NCBI GenBank assembly: GCA_963933835.1
Contig: CAWVVV010000001.1
Span: 288,001-352,000, forward strand
Origin: an uncultured Puniceicoccaceae bacterium
GTDB taxonomy: Bacteria > Verrucomicrobiota > Verrucomicrobiia > Opitutales > Oceanipulchritudinaceae
Direction: 5' to 3'
DNA length: 64,000 bases
Part shown: positions 48,999-60,585 of the stretch, piece after piece
Numbering within the stretch: the stretch's first letter is position 1
Layout: each line of letters begins with the position of its first letter
Program-made: the position numbers and the translations under genes
The notes under the pieces: model-generated
The model's database searches: none
What the model was told of the DNA's origin: nothing
The model's input: only the letters and a program-made list of their open reading frames with translations

Positions 48999-49655
48999 GT
49001 GAAATCTGTCGAACTCATCACTTTTGATCTCGGAGGGACGCTCCTTAGCCCCTTCCCCACCGTCGGAGAAGCCTATGCCGAGGAGCTGGAAGACCTCGGA
49101 TATATCTGCGACCCAACACGCCTGCAGAGCCGCTTCGACTCGGCGATACAGGACTGGATGCAGTACCATGGCCAAGGCAACAGTCGGGATGACCGCGAAA
49201 GCTGGCTTTCGATTGTCCGGACAACGATCGCGGAAGAGAACATCCCCGAAGACAGTTTCGCCCGCGTCTTCGAGCAACTCTACGAAGCTTTTGCCCATGC
49301 TTCACGATGGAGCATTCACGATGGCACCCGCGACGCGTTAGAGACCCTCACCGCTCGGGGGGTTCGCTTGGCTGTCGCGAGCAATAATGACACCCGCGCC
49401 CGCCAAGTTCTGAAAGAACACCAGCTGATCGATTTCTTTGAAGCTCTCTTCCTTTCTGGCGAGATTGGCTTTGAAAAGCCCGACGAGCGCTTCTTTGCCC
49501 ACATCAGCGAAGTTACGCGCGTCCCGCCTGAGAACATCCTCCATATCGGCGACAGTCCTCGCCACGATTTCGACGGCGCAAGAAACGCTGGGATGCAGGC
49601 GTATATTGTCTCCACCTTTGGCCATTCGCTGAACGATTTCATCGAGCAGTTCTGA
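48999..49655 (+). CDS. HAD-superfamily hydrolase (subfamily IA)
   Basis: FDLGGTL, VASNND, EKPD, HIGDS..HD..GA..AG. Confidence 0.88.
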   Translation: MKSVELITFDLGGTLLSPFPTVGEAYAEELEDLGYICDPTRLQSRFDSAIQDWMQYHGQGNSRDDRESWLSIVRTTIAEENIPEDSFARVFEQLYEAFAHASRWSIHDGTRDALETLTARGVRLAVASNNDTRARQVLKEHQLIDFFEALFLSGEIGFEKPDERFFAHISEVTRVPPENILHIGDSPRHDFDGARNAGMQAYIVSTFGHSLNDFIEQF

Positions 49656-49665
49656 GAAAACGCCG

Positions 49666-50034
49666 ATGCCTTTTTCCCGCTACATCGAAAACCTCATCTC
49701 GAACTTTCGCGACGTTCCACGCAAGCGGTCGAGAATGATCGACCGTGGGGCCAAGCCCATCGATTCACTCATCGAGGTCTGTCTTGAGCGCCACCATATC
49801 GGGAAAGAGACACCAGAGGAATGTGTCCTCAGTCACTGGACTCAGATCGTCGGGGAACGCCTCGCAGGGCGGTGTAGCCCACAGCGCATCAATGCCCGCC
49901 AATACCTCATCATTGCGGTTTCTAACTCCAGTCTGCGCCGCGAACTGCAATTCCACGAAGATCGCATCATGACCGCGCTGCGTTCGATTGAAGGCTGCTC
50001 GCACATTCGCGGGGTTATCTTTCGGGCAGGCTGA
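49666..50034 (+). CDS. DUF721 / DciA-like protein
   Basis: W..IVG..LA....P.......LII.VSNS..RRELQF....I pattern. Confidence 0.75.
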   Translation: MPFSRYIENLISNFRDVPRKRSRMIDRGAKPIDSLIEVCLERHHIGKETPEECVLSHWTQIVGERLAGRCSPQRINARQYLIIAVSNSSLRRELQFHEDRIMTALRSIEGCSHIRGVIFRAG

Positions 50035-50185
50035 GAAATGGTGAATTTTGAATAATGAATGATGAATGGATCTGAAACTACGGGCGAATATGGCCTAAAA
50101 GACTCTCTTCATTCACAATTCATCACTCATCATTCAATATTCCCCATTCACAATTCATCATTCAAAATTCACCATTCCTCATTTA
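50035..50185. repeat. Inverted arrays of 7-bp repeats (TGAATNN / NNATTCA) around a ~40-bp core
   Basis: Left: TGAATTT TGAATAA TGAATGA TGAATGG (50042-69). Right: 11 units TCATTCA CAATTCA TCACTCA ... TCATTTA (50109-85). The arms are reverse complements over about 33 nt. Confidence 0.9.
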
Positions 50186-50376
50186 TTCTGCTTGATCCCT
50201 GACGGAATTTCAGCACTTTGCTCCTCCTTGCGTCGAGAAGGCAGTGGCGGCCAGCGCTGCTCCCTTCCACGATCAGCCTCTCATCCGAGGGGTTAAAGAC
50301 GGTCCGCCCGGTTTCGGCTTGGCAGACGATAGATCACCTTGATCTGTCCTTTGATCGCGAAATCAACACACATCAC

Positions 50377-50646
50377 ATGGCAAAGCCACAAATCATTAAA
50401 GATAGCGTAATCACTGATTACCGCACCCACGAAAAGGACACCGGTTCTTCCGAAGTCCAGATCGCCCTCCTCACGCAGCGCGTCGCTCACCTCACTGAGC
50501 ACCTCCGCACAAATCGTAAAGACTTCCACAGCCGTCGCGGACTCATCGCGATGACCAGTCGCCGTCGTAAGCTCCTCGACAACCTGAAGAAGAACGATCT
50601 CGAGAAGTACAAAACGATCATTGAGCGCCTCGAGCTCCGCCGCTAG
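50377..50646 (+). CDS. rpsO: 30S ribosomal protein uS15
   Basis: DTGSSEVQIALLT..HL..N.KDFHSRRGL; start ATG 50377. Confidence 0.97.
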   Translation: MAKPQIIKDSVITDYRTHEKDTGSSEVQIALLTQRVAHLTEHLRTNRKDFHSRRGLIAMTSRRRKLLDNLKKNDLEKYKTIIERLELRR

Positions 50647-50677
50647 GTCGATTCAAGAGTTCAATTTTTTATACACT

Positions 50678-50710
50678 AGGCCACCTCTACACGAGGTGGC
50701 CTTTTTGTTT
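50678..50710 (+). terminator. Intrinsic terminator after rpsO
   Basis: AGGCCACCTC-tacac-GAGGTGGCCT then TTTTGTTT. Confidence 0.85.
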
Positions 50711-50716
50711 GGCTAG

Positions 50717-51259
50717 GGCCCTCCAAAACGCAGTTCAGATAATGCAGTCTTCAATACGCTAATTCTCAGAGCGAGCAACATACCAATCTCTGGAGTTACG
50801 AGCTTTACTATGTCTGTGGACTTTCTTACTCCCAATACTGAAGACTGGGACACTTCAGACGAACTCATTGTAACCTATTCGGCAGATGGTGGAGCTACGA
50901 CAGGCAATGTGCTAGCGGTGCAAAGCATTTCAGATGGTGATGCATTCAACGCACCTGCGGCGATCGATTACGGTTTTGATGGTGAAGGCGATGTAGGTTT
51001 CGAACTTCCCGCACTAATTGATGATGTTTCGGCTGGTGTTGGCTCACTCTTTCAAACATTTACAAGCGACTCGATTGGCGTATCTGCTACGACTATGGAC
51101 GTCGTCTTTCAGTTTAACGGGCTGACCTCAGCTGCGGAGGGACTTTATCTCGATAATATCACTTTCATCGACGTTTCTAAGATTCCTGAGCCTAATGCAC
51201 TTTCACTAGTGATCGGATTTCTTGGAATGAGCATCATCCTCGTTCGCCGCCGCGCTTAA
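50717..51259 (+). pseudogene. PEP-CTERM sorting-domain protein, N-terminally truncated
   Basis: C-terminal IPEPNALSLVIGFLGMSIILVRRRA; the frame is open only from 50717, directly after the rpsO terminator; no signal peptide. Confidence 0.7.
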
Positions 51260-51281
51260 AGCGTTCTTCTTTAAGATTTTC

Positions 51282-51313
51282 AAAAGCCGCTGGGTTCGCC
51301 TAGCGGCTTTTTT
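51282..51313 (+). terminator. Intrinsic terminator (possibly bidirectional)
   Basis: AAAAGCCGCTGGG-ttcg-CCTAGCGGCTTTTTT. Confidence 0.85.
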
Positions 51314-51607
51314 GTGCTCAAAACTTGTCCAATGACTACTGGCAGTGTTCCATACGCAGGTGAGCGCACGAGAATAACCCTCTTTACGGCTTGCAGAGAA
51401 GGTTCCTTGCTCCACCCTACACCGCTTAACCCTGACATTTTTGGATAATGTCTCTTCCGCAGGAAGTCCGCTTGGTGAAGCTTAAGCTCCTTCAAAACCC
51501 TGCATTCCCCAAGCGAACTTCCTGAGGCTGTGTTCCAAAAGTGACAGAGGTTATTGATATGCTCGCGTGCAGAGTGCGCCCGGGCCCTAACCTCATAATA
51601 CAAGCAC

Positions 51608-54025
<2,418 letters not shown>

Positions 54026-54049
54026 GCACTAGCACTCTAACTCTATTTC

Positions 54050-54084
54050 AGCCCGCTTGGACACATGTCTAAGCGGGCTTTTTT
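54050..54084 (+). terminator. Intrinsic terminator after pnp
   Basis: AGCCCGCTTGGACA-ca-TGTCTAAGCGGGCT then TTTTT. Confidence 0.85.
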
Positions 54085-54130
54085 ATGCCCAAATCTTTCT
54101 AAACATCTTAAAGAAAGTTGTTGAGCAGCA

Positions 54131-54214
54131 TTGGAGGGACAGGCTCCTGCCTGTCCGCTACGTGGCCTATGTTGTTCTTAAACATAGCGGACCGAAAGGA
54201 GCCGGTCCCTCCAA
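54131..54214. repeat. Inverted REP doublet (REPIN-like)
   Basis: TTGGAGGGACAGGCTCCTGCCTGTCCGC (54131-58) and inverted TTGGAGGGACCGGCTCCTTTCGGTCCGC (54187-214); each is GGAG plus an internal palindrome. Confidence 0.8.
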
Positions 54215-54279
54215 GCGCCAAAATACACACATCCGTGTTCATCCGGGGTTTAACAATTCGAAACCAAAAGTCTCTAGCG

Positions 54280-54798
54280 CTAGCTATTTTTGGTTCTGCG
54301 AGCGGGCTTTTTCCGACCTTGGAGAAGATCGACGCGAAGAGCTAAGACCATCGATAGCACTACACCCACGGCATACAAATACATCCCCAATCTCGGGCGG
54401 ACGGTCGCCACTGGATTTGTCTGAGTCATGATCAGTGCGATCGCGACGAGAAAGACATCAAGCATCGCCCAGCGGGCAAAATAATGTAACCAGTGAAAGG
54501 CGGCTCGACGGCTTTTCGCTTGGAGAGGTAAATACCAAAGCAGGGCCAAAAAGATCAGTCGAAGAAGCGGCAAGACCAGCACAAAGAGCCCGACGACGAT
54601 ACTCAAAAAGTATTCCCCATCCTCATACAAGGAGAGCACACCTCCAAAAAGGGAATACTCAGTCTTCCAGACGACGAGCTTTTGAACTTCCATAACCGGT
54701 TGCGTGAAACCGATACCAAGAAAGAGCGCAGCACCCAACAAGAGCACGGGCACATCCCGATGACGACGAGCACGTCTAGCTAGAGAGCGAGAAGACAC
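54280..54798 (-). CDS. Paraquat-inducible protein A (PqiA) domain membrane protein
   Basis: YSLFGGV.SLY..GEYFL...V.LF..V.P; FARWAMLDVFLVA; start uncertain (GTG 54798 or ATG 54861). Confidence 0.8.
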   Translation of the reverse strand: MSSRSLARRARRHRDVPVLLLGAALFLGIGFTQPVMEVQKLVVWKTEYSLFGGVLSLYEDGEYFLSIVVGLFVLVLPLLRLIFLALLWYLPLQAKSRRAAFHWLHYFARWAMLDVFLVAIALIMTQTNPVATVRPRLGMYLYAVGVVLSMVLALRVDLLQGRKKPARRTKNS

Positions 54799-54864
54799 GA
54801 AGGAAAAGATGCATGATGATTGATAAATGATGAACCAAAAAAGAGCACTGCCCTCCTTCACTCG

Positions 54865-55854
54865 TCATCCATCAGTTAAGAGCTCTCTCGCTTTCACAAC
54901 ATCTTGCGTGATCTGCGCCTTCAGCGCTTCCAAGCCATCGAAGCGCTGCTCAGGCCGAATAAACGATAGCCATTCGACCGTAAGAGTATCGCCCTCTGCC
55001 CAACTCGGGACATCACCCAAGAGATGAACTTCAAGGAGAGGCGCAGACGCAGCGTCTTCCACCGTAGGGCGCAGACCGTAGTTAGCGACAGCAGGAAGCC
55101 GCTCACCATTCTCTCCACTCACCCGAACGGCATAGACGCCAAGGCGAGGCTTCGCTTCCGGAACATAAGGAAGATTGAAAGTAGGAAAGCCGATTGTGCT
55201 CCCCAACTGCCGCCCTCGAGCAATCTGACTCGAACAGCGATAAGGCATCCCCAACATCGTATTCGCTTCCTCAATACGGCCATTAGAAATCGTCCTACGC
55301 AAACGCGTCGAACTGACAGCCTCGTCGTTCCATTCAAAACGGGGAACCGCTTCAACCGTGACATTCTGCATCGCGAGACGCTCACGCAGGACTGCCGGTG
55401 TGCCGGCCCGCATCTGGCCAAAGCGAAAGTTTTCGCCGACATGAAGACTGGCCAAAGACGGAAAGGCTTTTACCAAAACCTCGGTAAAGTCCTCAGCCTG
55501 TAGTTGCGCAAAATCCAAAGTGAAATACTTCCAGATGATCGCTTCGATTCCCGCCTGAAAGAGTCGCCGTTCCTTCGCCTGCTCTGGGAAAAGCATTTCT
55601 GTCGGCTGATCGGGGCGTAATATCCGACTCGGGTGCGGCGTAAAAGTGAGGACGGCTGCAATTCCCCTATTCTCTTTCGCATGTTTTAGGGCAGATGCTA
55701 GAACGGCTTGATGGCCCAAATGCACCCCATCAAAAATCCCCATTGCGACGGACATCGGGAGCATCTTTGTCGGTGGATTTCCACTACGCCAAGTGACATG
55801 AGAATTCGGGAGATGAATCCATGAGCAAGGCGAATCTAGTGGGGGCACATCCAT
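54865..55854 (-). CDS. ribF: Bifunctional riboflavin kinase/FAD synthetase (true start may be downstream)
   Basis: GIFDGVHLGHQ, TFTPHP, VGENFRFG, VSSTRLR, IGFPT.N, G.RPTV, LEVH, FIRPEQRF. Confidence 0.95.
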   Translation of the reverse strand: MDVPPLDSPCSWIHLPNSHVTWRSGNPPTKMLPMSVAMGIFDGVHLGHQAVLASALKHAKENRGIAAVLTFTPHPSRILRPDQPTEMLFPEQAKERRLFQAGIEAIIWKYFTLDFAQLQAEDFTEVLVKAFPSLASLHVGENFRFGQMRAGTPAVLRERLAMQNVTVEAVPRFEWNDEAVSSTRLRRTISNGRIEEANTMLGMPYRCSSQIARGRQLGSTIGFPTFNLPYVPEAKPRLGVYAVRVSGENGERLPAVANYGLRPTVEDAASAPLLEVHLLGDVPSWAEGDTLTVEWLSFIRPEQRFDGLEALKAQITQDVVKARELLTDG

Positions 55855-55868
55855 GAGCTGGAAAGATT

Positions 55869-56597
55869 CTACGAAATTACGTCACTCGGAACTGCTTGAT
55901 ACGGAGGAATGATCCATCGCTTGATCGTGCTTGCTTCAAGCTCTTCAAACTCTTCCAGCTCAAGTGAATCTTCGATCGCGAACTTACCGATCTCAGTGCG
56001 GCGGAGATTTTTCAGGTGAGCACCACATTCAAACTTTTCGCCCATATCGTGGACCAGGGTGCGAACGTAGGTGCCTTTACTGCAAGCGAAAGTAAAATCG
56101 AACTCTGGTGACTCCCAGCGGTCGAGCTTCATTGAAGCGACACGAATAACGCGCGCCTCCCTTTCGATCTCTTTACCCTTGCGAGCTAGCTTGTAGAGCG
56201 GAACCCCACCGACCTTTTTGGCCGAGAACATCGGGGGCATTTGATACTGGTCGCCTTCAAAACTCTTAAACATCTCCAGCATTTGTTCCTCCGTTATGTC
56301 CGGAACAGGGCGTTCTTCAACGATCTCACCTTCAGCATCTTGAGTCGTCGTAGAGGCACCAAACACGCCCGTGCCTTCGTAAACCTTATCAAGGCCCATG
56401 AGATACTGGGACAGTTTTGTCGCTTTCCCGACGAGGATAATCATTAAGCCCGTCGCGCTCGGATCAAGCGTCCCGGCGTGGCCGATTTTCTTCATTCGAA
56501 GCTTACGGCGAACACGGTCAACGACGTCGTGTGACGTCATGCCTGATGGTTTATCGATGAGGAGGACCCCCACATAATCTCCGGATGGAACGGACAT
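55869..56597 (-). CDS. truB: tRNA pseudouridine(55) synthase
   Basis: [33 protein letters not shown]. Confidence 0.96.
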   Translation of the reverse strand: MSVPSGDYVGVLLIDKPSGMTSHDVVDRVRRKLRMKKIGHAGTLDPSATGLMIILVGKATKLSQYLMGLDKVYEGTGVFGASTTTQDAEGEIVEERPVPDITEEQMLEMFKSFEGDQYQMPPMFSAKKVGGVPLYKLARKGKEIEREARVIRVASMKLDRWESPEFDFTFACSKGTYVRTLVHDMGEKFECGAHLKNLRRTEIGKFAIEDSLELEEFEELEASTIKRWIIPPYQAVPSDVIS

Positions 56598-56645
56598 AAT
56601 AGAAATAGTATTAGTTGTTAGTTCTGTAGTGAAAGTCTTCTACAG

Positions 56646-57629
56646 CTACAGGTTTTTAAAATGCTCTTCGAGCGTTATCTTCAAGACAGGATAAAAATCA
56701 TCAAGCGGCGTATCTGGATTGAAGCCAGCCGCACACGCATGGCCACCGCCATTAAAGTTCTTTGCTAGCTTATCAACACGCTGAATTGGATCCTTGGAAC
56801 GGAAGCTTCCCTTCAGCACACCCAGCTCCTGCTCCTCGAGGAGGATGCCGATATCAATACCATCGATCGCACGCGCATAATCAACGAGGCCTTCAGTGTC
56901 TTCTTTCAAAGCACCGGTCTCAGCAAAGTCCGTCGCCCGCAGGATACCGACGCAAACGCGGTTGTCGCAGAGATACTCAAAACTCGCGAGGAAACGCTGT
57001 AGAAGGGCGAGCTTTGCTGGACTTTCTTTCTCGTAGAGTTCCAAGGCCGCTGCAGCTGGGTCGGCCCCGTAGTCCATCAGTTCGCGGCAGATGTCGAAGG
57101 TCTGCTTCGTTGTCTGACTGAAACAAAACTGGCCCGTATCGGTCGCGATGCCGATGTAAAGTGCTTGGGCGGTAACGGCGTCAAAATCATAGCCATTGTC
57201 GACGAAGATACCCGCCAGCATTTCACCCGTTGCTGAGCTTGAACCATGGATCAGGTTTACTTCTCCGTAGAGTTCATTCGAGATATGGTGGTCGATATTA
57301 AGAGCAACCTGTGGAAAGTGTTCTTGTAGTGGATTTCCAAGACGCTTCCGCCCCGCGCAGTCTACCGAGACAGCCACACGGCCTTCGAGGTCGGCTTCGG
57401 AATCTAGGAAGAAAGGGGTGTCTTGAACAAAGCTAGCACACATCGGCGGCACTTCGTGATGATTTACACCCATCGCGTCGATCCCCTTCGAAATAAGAAA
57501 ACGGGTCACTGCGACTTGAGAGCCAATGCAATCGCCGTCGGGGCGAACGTGACCGAGGACAGCGACCTTCTTGCCTTGAAGGCTCTCAACAGCAGCAGCG
57601 AATTTTGGGGAAAGTTGTGGATAGAACAT
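56646..57629 (-). CDS. nrnA: DHH family phosphoesterase (NrnA-like nanoRNase/pAp phosphatase)
   Basis: H.RPDGDCIGS, IDHH, ATDTG.F, GGGH..AAG. Confidence 0.88.
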   Translation of the reverse strand: MFYPQLSPKFAAAVESLQGKKVAVLGHVRPDGDCIGSQVAVTRFLISKGIDAMGVNHHEVPPMCASFVQDTPFFLDSEADLEGRVAVSVDCAGRKRLGNPLQEHFPQVALNIDHHISNELYGEVNLIHGSSSATGEMLAGIFVDNGYDFDAVTAQALYIGIATDTGQFCFSQTTKQTFDICRELMDYGADPAAAALELYEKESPAKLALLQRFLASFEYLCDNRVCVGILRATDFAETGALKEDTEGLVDYARAIDGIDIGILLEEQELGVLKGSFRSKDPIQRVDKLAKNFNGGGHACAAGFNPDTPLDDFYPVLKITLEEHFKNL

Positions 57630-57635
57630 AGTCAA

Positions 57636-58010
57636 TTATGTGTCTTCTATATCATCGGCTTCGCTAGGGGCTTCCTCGAGCCCAAGTTTATCGAAGATAT
57701 TATTTAAGCGTTCAGCTTGCTCCAGCCCCTCGTGATAGAGGAATTCCAAAGACGGCGAGTATTTGAGCACGACGGTGCGCACGACCTCGCGCTGTATCGC
57801 GTATCCATTAAGACGAAAGAATTTCTTAGTTTCCGCCTTTTGCAGGTCTCCTCCCACGACAGAATAGAAGACACGGGCACGACGCAGATTCGGGATCGTA
57901 TCGACTTCGACGATCGTCACTGCTGTTGAGCTACCTCGAAACCGGGTATGCAGCACTTGGCTGATTTCCCGCTTTAGAAGCTCGTTAACTCGTATGACAC
58001 GCTGTCCCAT
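57636..58010 (-). CDS. rbfA: Ribosome-binding factor A
   Basis: RV.RVNELLKREIS...ARVFYS...LKYSP.L.F; follows infB. Confidence 0.92.
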   Translation of the reverse strand: MGQRVIRVNELLKREISQVLHTRFRGSSTAVTIVEVDTIPNLRRARVFYSVVGGDLQKAETKKFFRLNGYAIQREVVRTVVLKYSPSLEFLYHEGLEQAERLNNIFDKLGLEEAPSEADDIEDT

Positions 58011-58042
58011 TGAATCCTTCCAAGGTCAAAAGAACCGGAGAC

Positions 58043-60538
58043 CTAGAGGCTTGGCTTGATCTTCTCGGTCTCAAAGACCTCGATGACGTCACCTTCCTTG
58101 TAGTCCTGATAATCCGCGATTGCGATACCACACTCGTAGCCGGCGCGGACTTCCTTGGCGTCGTCCTTGAACCGCTTGAGAGTCTGCACCGTGCTTTTGT
58201 AAACGGAATCTTTTCCACGCATGAGAACAGCCTTGGCGTTTCGCTGAACCTTACCTTCGGTGACCATGCAACCCGCGACAAAGCCACGCCCAAACGGGAA
58301 GACCGCACGGACTTCTGCTGCACCGACCTTGACTTCGCGGAGCTCTGGCTCGAGCTGATCGGCCATGACATCCTTAATCGCGTCAATCAGCTCGTAGATG
58401 ATTGTGCCGGAGATGACCGTGACGTCCTGGTGTTTAATGATCGGATTGACGCCGTTCTCGATGCCGACGTTGAAGGCAACGACCGCAGCCGTTCCTGCGC
58501 TCGCACGCATAACGTCGTTTTTCGTCACCGGACCTACGCCCGTATCGATGACTTCGAGATCGATCTTGTCGCTCTCAATCGCGAGTAAACTTGTAGCGAG
58601 TGCTTCGGCTGTGCCGTAAACGTCCGCCTTGATAACAACACGGTAATTCGCCTTCTTCGTCTTCGCGATGGCGGCAAAAATGTCTTCGATCGTAGCGACT
58701 CCAACACCTTCGGTGCGGCTGGCAGCTTCGAGCTTCTTGCGTTCGAGTTCGTTGTCTTCGCCCTCACGTTTGGCAATGCGCTCGTTTTTGCGCTGGCTGA
58801 AAATGTCTCCTGCAGCGGGCGGACCGGACCAACCAACGATATTCACTGGAGTTGATGGGGGGGCGGACTTGATAGCCTTGCCCTGGTCATTGATCAACTG
58901 GCGCACGCGGCAGTAATGCTCACCACAGACAAGAGCATCGCCTGGCTTCAATGTTCCCTTTTGGACAATCACCGATGCGGTGCAACCACGGCCGATTTCC
59001 TTCTGCGCCTCGAGGACGACGCCTTCGGCAGGGGCATTCGGATTCGCTTTGAGCGTCTCGAGGATCTCTGCCTGGAGGAGCACGATGTCGAGAAGCTCGC
59101 TGATGCCTTCGCCCTTGATCGCAGTGGTCTTGGCGAAAAGCGTTTCGCCACCCCACTCTTCGGGAGTGAGTTCGCGCTCCTGCATCTGACGCATGACCTT
59201 TTCGACGTTCGCGCCAGGGGCGTCCATCTTGTTGATCGCGACAACGACGGGCAGGCCAGCTTTACGGATATGGCTAAGCGCCTCATCGGTTTGCTTCATG
59301 AAGCCGTCGTCTGCAGCAACGACGAGAATCGCGATGTCGGTCATATTCGCACCACGAGCACGCATGTTCGAAAACGCGGCGTGACCGGGGGTGTCAATGA
59401 ATGAAATTTTCTGCTCTTTGTGCTGTATCTGATAAGCAGCTACGTGCTGGGTAATGCCTCCGGCTTCACCGTCGACGACATTGCTCTTCCGAATCGCATC
59501 GAGGAGGGTCGTCTTTCCGTGGTCAACGTGTCCCAAAATGCAGACCACCGGTGGGCGAGGTTCCATGAGCGCAGACTCATCGACATCCTCTTCCACTTCT
59601 TTCTTCGGCTGCTGACCTTCACCACGGTGACGGATTTCCAATACGAAACCCGCCTTGCGAGCAAGCTGCTGGGCAACGGGCTCTTCAATCGCGGTGTTCA
59701 TCGAAGCAAAGATGCTGAGCTCCATGAGCTCTGAGATGAGCTGGAAGGGCTTGCGACCGATCTGGATAGCAAAGTCGCGCACCACGATCGGCGTTTTGAC
59801 CTGAAGTTTTTTAAGATCCGAAGTATCGTCTTCAGTTCCTTCGACCTCAGCTTCTTCAGCACCTTCAACCGGCTCTATCTGCTCACCCTCGTCGGCTGAC
59901 GACGGCGTAGCTGCTGGCGGAATAGGGGGGCGGGAAACGGATGGAGGGGCGCTGATACGCGGCGGCGAAACAGGCGCTGGACCAGAGCGAGGCGGAGTAG
60001 CCGTCGGCGGAGCCTTGGCAGCGGGTGCCTCAGGTGTAGGCTCTGGCTGCTTAATGTCGGTCCGAAGAGCTGGACCACGACCAGGCAAGCTGGGAGCTTT
60101 AGAGGGAACGTTGACTGCGAGTGGAGCAACCGGCGACGGTTGACGAATCGTCACGGTTGGGCCGCCTGGGAGCGGTGGTGGTGACTTACGCCCACCCGGA
60201 GCTGGTGGTGCCAAAGGCGGTGGCCCTTTTTGAACCAATGCTTCTTCTGCTTCCTTTTCGCGTGCAGCCCGCTCGCGCTGAATGTCCTCCTTCGATCGAA
60301 CGAGGGCAGCAGCTGGAGGAGCAACTGGGGCAGCCTTTTTAACCGGCTCAGGAGCGGCGGGCACTTCGGCAGGTTTCTCGCTCGCGCTAGTATACTCACC
60401 GCGGAGACTCTCCGCTGAAATATTGTCAACCGTACTGGAGGCGCTCTTGATCTGGTAACCTCGGTCCCGCAAAAGCGCGATCAGTTCGGCATTACTCATG
60501 CCGAGGTCTTTGGAAAGCTCGTATATGCGAACACTCAT
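58043..60538 (-). CDS. infB: Translation initiation factor IF-2 (Pro-rich N-terminal linker)
   Basis: [35 protein letters not shown]. Confidence 0.98.
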   Translation of the reverse strand: MSVRIYELSKDLGMSNAELIALLRDRGYQIKSASSTVDNISAESLRGEYTSASEKPAEVPAAPEPVKKAAPVAPPAAALVRSKEDIQRERAAREKEAEEALVQKGPPPLAPPAPGGRKSPPPLPGGPTVTIRQPSPVAPLAVNVPSKAPSLPGRGPALRTDIKQPEPTPEAPAAKAPPTATPPRSGPAPVSPPRISAPPSVSRPPIPPAATPSSADEGEQIEPVEGAEEAEVEGTEDDTSDLKKLQVKTPIVVRDFAIQIGRKPFQLISELMELSIFASMNTAIEEPVAQQLARKAGFVLEIRHRGEGQQPKKEVEEDVDESALMEPRPPVVCILGHVDHGKTTLLDAIRKSNVVDGEAGGITQHVAAYQIQHKEQKISFIDTPGHAAFSNMRARGANMTDIAILVVAADDGFMKQTDEALSHIRKAGLPVVVAINKMDAPGANVEKVMRQMQERELTPEEWGGETLFAKTTAIKGEGISELLDIVLLQAEILETLKANPNAPAEGVVLEAQKEIGRGCTASVIVQKGTLKPGDALVCGEHYCRVRQLINDQGKAIKSAPPSTPVNIVGWSGPPAAGDIFSQRKNERIAKREGEDNELERKKLEAASRTEGVGVATIEDIFAAIAKTKKANYRVVIKADVYGTAEALATSLLAIESDKIDLEVIDTGVGPVTKNDVMRASAGTAAVVAFNVGIENGVNPIIKHQDVTVISGTIIYELIDAIKDVMADQLEPELREVKVGAAEVRAVFPFGRGFVAGCMVTEGKVQRNAKAVLMRGKDSVYKSTVQTLKRFKDDAKEVRAGYECGIAIADYQDYKEGDVIEVFETEKIKPSL

Positions 60539-60585
60539 AAATTGTTAGTCAGTCAAAAAGCGCAAAAAGCGGGTAAAGAAACAGC

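Noticed and set aside
50035..50185. CRISPR array or diversity-generating retroelement
   Set aside because: Units are 7 bp with no spacers; there are no cas genes, no reverse transcriptase and no TR/VR pair in the window.
50218..50376. N-terminal extension of S15 in the ORF track; likewise extended starts for secE, nusA, lacI, rsmE and sucA
   Set aside because: The extensions overlap a tRNA, an upstream gene or leader structures; family similarity starts at downstream start codons.
59820..60400. Pro/Ala-rich stretch in IF-2 as an insertion or intein
   Set aside because: IF-2 N-terminal linkers are commonly long and low-complexity; no intein termini.
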